A stretch of 38,675 bases of DNA from a virus. Lineage: Duplodnaviria; Caudoviricetes. The first letter of the stretch is position 1, and every line of letters starts with the position of its first letter. The notes beneath the pieces were generated by a model that was not told the DNA's origin, did no database searches, and saw only the letters and a list, made by a program, of their open reading frames with translations. The translations under genes were made by a program, and so were the position numbers. Shown in pieces: positions 34,167 through 38,675 of the stretch. The stretch is taken from IMG/VR virus record IMGVR_UViG_3300030117_004050, positions 1 to 38,675 of that record; one strand, 5' to 3'.

Positions 34167-34184
34167 TTGTAATACTGATATATT
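34156..34184 (+). promoter_or_regulatory. Putative sigma70 promoter for primase (extended -10)
   Basis: TTGTAA (34156-34161), 17-nt spacer ending in TGn, TATATT (34179-34184). Confidence 0.5.
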
Positions 34185-34191
34185 ATGAAGT

Positions 34192-35232
34192 ATGTCATTA
34201 GCAATTGAATCGAAATTTATTCGTTTATTATCTCACAGATTAAGAAATTTCAAACAGAAGAAGGATTACCTGTGGAACTTTTCTTGCCCGATTTGTGGTG
34301 ATAGTAAAAAAAACTTACTCAAAGCAAGGGGCTATGTTTATTCTAAAGGAAATAATTTATTCTATCGTTGTCATAACTGTGGCTCTAGCCTTAGTCTTGG
34401 CAATTTCATTAAACAGTTTGATCCAGAAACATACAAAGAGTTTGTACTTGAGAGATACAAATCAGGAGAATCAGGATTCTCAAACTTCAAAAAACCAAAA
34501 TTTGAAAATATCAAGTCACCAAAGTTTGGAAAAATAAAAAGACAAAATTTTGAACATGGTGAATGGTTGTCAGATTTACCTGATGATCATTTTTGTAAAG
34601 CATATGCGATACAAAGAAAAATACCAAACAAACATTTTAGTAAATTACTATTTACACCTAATTATAAAAAGTTTGTTCAGAGTATGATACCTGATAATGA
34701 TATGAAAATAACACCAGATGCAAGACTCGTAATACCATTCTATGATGAGAATGATGAGGTGTTTGCGATCTCAGGTAGAGCTCTTGAATCAGGCGATAGG
34801 AGATTAAGATATATAACATTGCGAACAAATAAATCTGAAAGTAAATTAGTCTATGGTCTTGATCGTGTAGATTTTGATGATATAGTTTATATTGTTGAAG
34901 GCCCTCTTGATTCACTATTCTTAGATAATTGTATTGCATCAGGTGATGCCAATTTATCAATCATTGCAGAAGATTTACCAGACGTTGATAAAGAGGATAA
35001 AATACTAATTTTTGATAATGAACCACGAAATGTTGAAGTATGTAAATTAATGTATAATGCTGTGAAGCGTGGTCATCATATTGTTATTTGGCCAGAATCA
35101 ATAAAAGAAAAGGATATTAATGAAATGATTTTATCAGGATATACGCAAAGTGAGATGAAGAAGATTATAAGTACAAGCACTTATTGTTGTTTGAGAGCCC
35201 TTAATAAATTAACATTCTGGAAAAAAGTATGA
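34192..35232 (+). CDS. 61: DNA primase (T4 gp61)
   Basis: Zn finger CPICGDS...RG...CHNCG; RLVIPF, GRAL, VEGPLDSLF, DNEPRN and KDINEM. Confidence 0.97.
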   Translation: MSLAIESKFIRLLSHRLRNFKQKKDYLWNFSCPICGDSKKNLLKARGYVYSKGNNLFYRCHNCGSSLSLGNFIKQFDPETYKEFVLERYKSGESGFSNFKKPKFENIKSPKFGKIKRQNFEHGEWLSDLPDDHFCKAYAIQRKIPNKHFSKLLFTPNYKKFVQSMIPDNDMKITPDARLVIPFYDENDEVFAISGRALESGDRRLRYITLRTNKSESKLVYGLDRVDFDDIVYIVEGPLDSLFLDNCIASGDANLSIIAEDLPDVDKEDKILIFDNEPRNVEVCKLMYNAVKRGHHIVIWPESIKEKDINEMILSGYTQSEMKKIISTSTYCCLRALNKLTFWKKV

Positions 35233-35918
35233 ATGATGTCGAATTGATTGGCATTTCGTCATTTTATGGTGATTTGAAAGATAAAAGTCCTGAAGATGCA
35301 ATTGTTTACATGGCCAGAGTATCGAATCCTAGTAATCAAAATAATTTTGAAAGCTCAGATAAACTAATAAGATATTTAATCAAGAATAAACATTGGTCGC
35401 CCTTTGAGATGGTGCATATTGTGATGGAAATAAACACTACTAGGGATATTGGAAGGCAGATATTAAGACACAGGTCCTTTTCTTTTCAAGAGTTTAGTCA
35501 GCGTTATGCAGATCCAACAAAAGCTTTTGGATTTACTAACCTTAGAGAAGCTAGATTACAAGATTTAAAAAATAGACAAAATAGTATTGAGATGGACGAA
35601 ACAAATACAGATCATAGACATCTACAATATCTTTATGAACAAGCACAAGTAAAAATTAAAGAATTAGCCATGGATAGTTACGATTACTTAATAAAAAAAG
35701 GTATGGCGAAAGAACAAGCTCGATCAATTTTACCTGAAGGCCTCATGATGAGTAAAATGTATATGTCAGGAAGTTTAAGATCCTGGATTCATTACTGTGA
35801 CTTGCGAATGGCAAACGGAACACAAAAAGAACACATGGAGATTGCAATAAAATGTTGGTCAATAATCAAGAAAGAGTTCCCCAATGTTGCTAGGGGATTA
35901 CATAAACAAGAAAGTTGA
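35229..35918 (+). CDS. thyX: FAD-dependent thymidylate synthase
   Basis: ARVSNP, HWSPFE, RHRSFSFQEFSQRY, EQAR..LP and TQKEH. Confidence 0.97.
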   Translation: MNDVELIGISSFYGDLKDKSPEDAIVYMARVSNPSNQNNFESSDKLIRYLIKNKHWSPFEMVHIVMEINTTRDIGRQILRHRSFSFQEFSQRYADPTKAFGFTNLREARLQDLKNRQNSIEMDETNTDHRHLQYLYEQAQVKIKELAMDSYDYLIKKGMAKEQARSILPEGLMMSKMYMSGSLRSWIHYCDLRMANGTQKEHMEIAIKCWSIIKKEFPNVARGLHKQES

Positions 35919-35919
35919 A

Positions 35920-37974
35920 ATGGCAAAAATGGATATTAAATTGCACGATAGTAAATATGTATGGATGGATTATGAAAAAGATAAATTATTTGATCCTCTA
36001 GGTTTAAAAAGATTAAAAGAATCTTACATGAGGGAGGATGAAAATTCACCACAGGAGAGATTAGCATATGTATCACATACTTTCGGAACTGATGATAGTC
36101 ATTCACAGCGCCTTTATAACTACGCTTCTAGCCATTGGCTTTCTTATTCTACTCCCATTTTATCTTTTGGCCGTAGTAAGCGGGGCTTGCCTATATCTTG
36201 TTTTCTCCCTTATCTTCATGATAGTAGAGAAGGTTTGGTTGACACTCTTTCCGAGGTAAATTGGTTATCAATGTTAGGCGGTGGTGTTGGCATAGGTCTT
36301 GGTATACGATCTAGTGATGACAAATCTACTGGCGTAATGCCTCATCTAAAAACATATGATGCTTCAAGTTTAGCATATCGTCAAGGGCGTACACGCAGAG
36401 GTTCATACGCAGCTTATCTTGATATATCACACCCAGATATAATGCAGTTTTTAGAAATAAGAAAACCAACAGGCGATCCAAATATGAGAGCAATGAATTT
36501 GCATCATGGTATCAACATCACAGATAAGTTTATGCAAATCATAGAAAATTCTATGGTTGATAAAAATTTTGATGATACATGGGAACTCATTGATCCACAT
36601 TCAGGTGAAATAAAAGAAAAAATATCAGCTAAAAAATTATGGCAAAAAATACTAGAATTAAGAATGATGACTGGTGAACCATATTTACATTTTATTGACA
36701 CAAGTAATCGTATGATGCCGGAGTTTCAAAAGAAAAAAGGACTAAGTATTAAACAATCCAATCTATGTTCAGAGATTATATTACCAACTGATAAAGAAAG
36801 GACTGCTGTATGTTGTTTATCTTCACTCAACTTGGAGTATTTTGATGATTGGAAAGATAATGATATGTTTCTTAGGGACGTGGCAGAGATGCTTGATAAC
36901 GTACTCCAGTATTTTATTGATAACAGTCCCGATGCTGTTAAACGTGCAAGGTATAGTGCTACAAATGAGCGTAGCATTGGTATCGGCGCTCTTGGCTTCC
37001 ATGCCCATTTGCAGAGCCATTCAATACCTTATGAATCCGCACTTGCAAAGTCTAGAAACGTGGAAATCTTTAGACACATTAGACGAGGATTAGATGAAGC
37101 AAATTTACAATTGGGAAAAATTAGAGGAGAGGCTCCTGATGCTTCTGGTACTGGCCGTAGGTTTTCTCACCTTATGGCTATTGCTCCCAATGCTTCAAGT
37201 AGTATCATCATGGGTAATACGAGCCCTAGTATAGAACCATTTAGAGCTAATGCTTATAGACAGGATACTTTATCTGGCGCCTATTTACATAAAAACAAAT
37301 ATCTAGACAGTATAATAAAAGAAAGGGCTAAAGATGAGGTTGACTATCAAAAAATCTGGAGTAACATTATCGCTTCCGATGGATCCGTACAACACCTTAA
37401 TCTACTTGATGACCGGGAAAAGGACATCTTCAAAACGAGTATGGAAATTGACCAAAGATGGGTTGTGGAGCACGCAGCTGACCGACAAAATTACATTGAC
37501 CAGGCACAATCCGTTAACCTATTCTTTCGGCCGGATGTAAATGTAAAATACTTACACGCAACACATTTTATGGCATGGAAAATGGGACTTAAAACTTTAT
37601 ATTATTGTAGATCAGAAAAAATTGGTAAAGCAGATAAAGTAGCAAAGAAAATAGAAAGAGAAGTAATCAAAGAACTAGATATGAAAGCAATAGCAGAAGG
37701 CGAAACAAGGACACAAGCAATCGTCTACGGAACAACTCATTGTTCATACTGTAACAGAGCTAAAATGGTATTGAAACAAAAAGGTATACCCTTTGATTAT
37801 ATTGATTTACAAGAAATTGGCAAAACAGCAGAAGAAGTTACGGGAAGACCCGTTAAGTCTGTTCCACAGATATACATAGAAGGCCAGTATATTGGTGGTT
37901 ATAATGAAATGATGAACTATTTTAGTAAACAATCTTCAGTAGAAGATGACGAATGTACCGCTTGTGAAGGATAA
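35920..37974 (+). CDS. nrdA: Class I ribonucleotide reductase alpha subunit with an internal glutaredoxin domain
   Basis: STP, PISCF, GGGVG, SNLCSEI, VCCLSSLN, APNASSS, DQAQS.N and KTLYY; then Grx (CSYC...VPQIYI.G.YIGGY) and a terminal CTACEG. ATG at 35920 preferred. Confidence 0.95.
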   Translation: MAKMDIKLHDSKYVWMDYEKDKLFDPLGLKRLKESYMREDENSPQERLAYVSHTFGTDDSHSQRLYNYASSHWLSYSTPILSFGRSKRGLPISCFLPYLHDSREGLVDTLSEVNWLSMLGGGVGIGLGIRSSDDKSTGVMPHLKTYDASSLAYRQGRTRRGSYAAYLDISHPDIMQFLEIRKPTGDPNMRAMNLHHGINITDKFMQIIENSMVDKNFDDTWELIDPHSGEIKEKISAKKLWQKILELRMMTGEPYLHFIDTSNRMMPEFQKKKGLSIKQSNLCSEIILPTDKERTAVCCLSSLNLEYFDDWKDNDMFLRDVAEMLDNVLQYFIDNSPDAVKRARYSATNERSIGIGALGFHAHLQSHSIPYESALAKSRNVEIFRHIRRGLDEANLQLGKIRGEAPDASGTGRRFSHLMAIAPNASSSIIMGNTSPSIEPFRANAYRQDTLSGAYLHKNKYLDSIIKERAKDEVDYQKIWSNIIASDGSVQHLNLLDDREKDIFKTSMEIDQRWVVEHAADRQNYIDQAQSVNLFFRPDVNVKYLHATHFMAWKMGLKTLYYCRSEKIGKADKVAKKIEREVIKELDMKAIAEGETRTQAIVYGTTHCSYCNRAKMVLKQKGIPFDYIDLQEIGKTAEEVTGRPVKSVPQIYIEGQYIGGYNEMMNYFSKQSSVEDDECTACEG

Positions 37975-38124
37975 TTGTTCGATAGTATAGAAATAGTCAA
38001 AACTAAATCAGCCTATTGGGTCATGGGTTACATATCCACTTTTGGTGGGCCATTTGATACTTATGAACAAGCTGATAAACACAGGAGGTATCTAATAAAA
38101 AAATGGCTTACTCAGAAAAAGTAA
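37975..38124 (+). CDS. Small hypothetical protein (49 aa, not in the ORF track)
   Basis: TTG directly after the nrdA stop with AAGGA upstream; MFDSIEIVKTKSAYWVMGYISTFGGPFDTYEQADKHRRYLIKKWLTQKK fills the gap. Confidence 0.55.
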   Translation: MFDSIEIVKTKSAYWVMGYISTFGGPFDTYEQADKHRRYLIKKWLTQKK

Positions 38125-38513
38125 TAGATCATTATGAAAATCCTAGAAACGTAGGGTCTATGGATAAAACTGATAAGAATGTTGGTACAGGCATGGTGGG
38201 TGCACCTGCTTGTGGTGATGTAATGAAACTCCAAATAAAAGTAAATGATGATGGTATTATTGAAGATGCTAAATTTAAAACATATGGTTGTGGTAGTGCT
38301 ATTGCAAGTAGTAGTTTAGTTACTGAATGGGTAAAAGGTAGAAGTATTGATGATGCAGAGTCAATTAGAAACACAGAGATAGCTACAGAGTTGGCTTTGC
38401 CACCTGTAAAAATACATTGTTCAATTCTGGCTGAAGATGCAATCAAAGCTGCTGTACATGATTATAAAAATAAAAAAGAAAATGTTAAAGTTAAACATGA
38501 GAAATTAAATTAG
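38103..38513 (+). CDS. iscU: Fe-S cluster scaffold protein IscU
   Basis: MAYSEKVIDHYENPRNVG, GAPACGDVM, FKTYGCGSAIASSS and LPPVKIHCS. Confidence 0.97.
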   Translation: MAYSEKVIDHYENPRNVGSMDKTDKNVGTGMVGAPACGDVMKLQIKVNDDGIIEDAKFKTYGCGSAIASSSLVTEWVKGRSIDDAESIRNTEIATELALPPVKIHCSILAEDAIKAAVHDYKNKKENVKVKHEKLN

Positions 38514-38520
38514 GAGTATT

Positions 38521-38675
38521 ATGCAGAACGATTTAAAACATTGCACATTATCTGATCTAGTTTATGAGGATCTTAACACAGTTATTAGAAAAAAAATCTA
38601 TAAAATGGGATATACAAATGTAAGATTTCTAGACATTGATGGTGCTCAGGCTTATATTTGTAAAAGTGATACTCA
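38521..38675 (+). CDS. 5' part of a gene, possibly lipase class 3-like (partial)
   Basis: AGGAG RBS; LS.LVY...F...DGAQAY resembles lipase-3 N-termini, but the catalytic motifs are outside the window. Confidence 0.45.
   Translation, partial: MQNDLKHCTLSDLVYEDLNTVIRKKIYKMGYTNVRFLDIDGAQAYICKSDT

Noticed and set aside
36068-37540. Alternate-frame + strand ORFs inside nrdA (36068, 36842, 37334), coinciding with GC-richer patches
   Set aside because: No convincing SD or protein-like features, unlike 25357. More likely codon mosaicism from recombination in a conserved gene.
838-38446. All minus-strand ORFs in the track (for example 838-1167, 5020-5385, 17374-17784, 38132-38446)
   Set aside because: They lie antisense to well-supported + strand genes and show no recognisable motifs; they are best explained as shadow ORFs.
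1-38675. Stop-codon reassignment, tRNA genes or mobile elements
   Set aside because: TAA, TAG and TGA all end conserved genes at expected positions, intergenic gaps are too short for tRNAs, and I saw no transposase, integrase or clear homing endonuclease.

Overview
A 38.7-kb, AT-rich, densely coding segment of a T4-like myophage genome with every convincing gene on the + strand. The gene order resembles aquatic T4-like phages. Host-like genes (TorF-type outer-membrane protein, IscU, IbpA-type small heat-shock protein, spanins) point to a Gram-negative, probably proteobacterial host. Core genes are gp62, regA, hsp20, gp43 DNA polymerase, uvsX, gp41 helicase, gp61 primase, thyX and nrdA (with an internal glutaredoxin domain). 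Accessory genes include four 2OG-Fe(II) oxygenases, an M15 peptidase, a six-gene glycan-modification cluster, a spanin/lipoprotein block and iscU. The most striking feature is a set of late genes between about 16.5 and 32.1 kb. Several products begin with T4 capsid-targeting-like N-termini (MKTFIQFIEE, MKFLDFIDE, MNFTEFLEE), and the large ones are strings of short basic modules joined by a repeated acidic linker (EEVEQIDE-like) ending in an (I/L)-x-E prohead-protease-type site. One linker is an exact 25-nt DNA repeat shared by two genes. I interpret these as capsid-packaged, protease-processed polyproteins of shuffled effector modules, two of which carry Hda-like beta-clamp motifs. Other notable signals are a ROSE-like RNA thermometer in the hsp20 leader, a nested +1-frame ORF with a perfect Shine-Dalgarno, a combined sigma70/late promoter and a probably leaderless primase mRNA. 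All family assignments come from recalled motifs; no database search was run.
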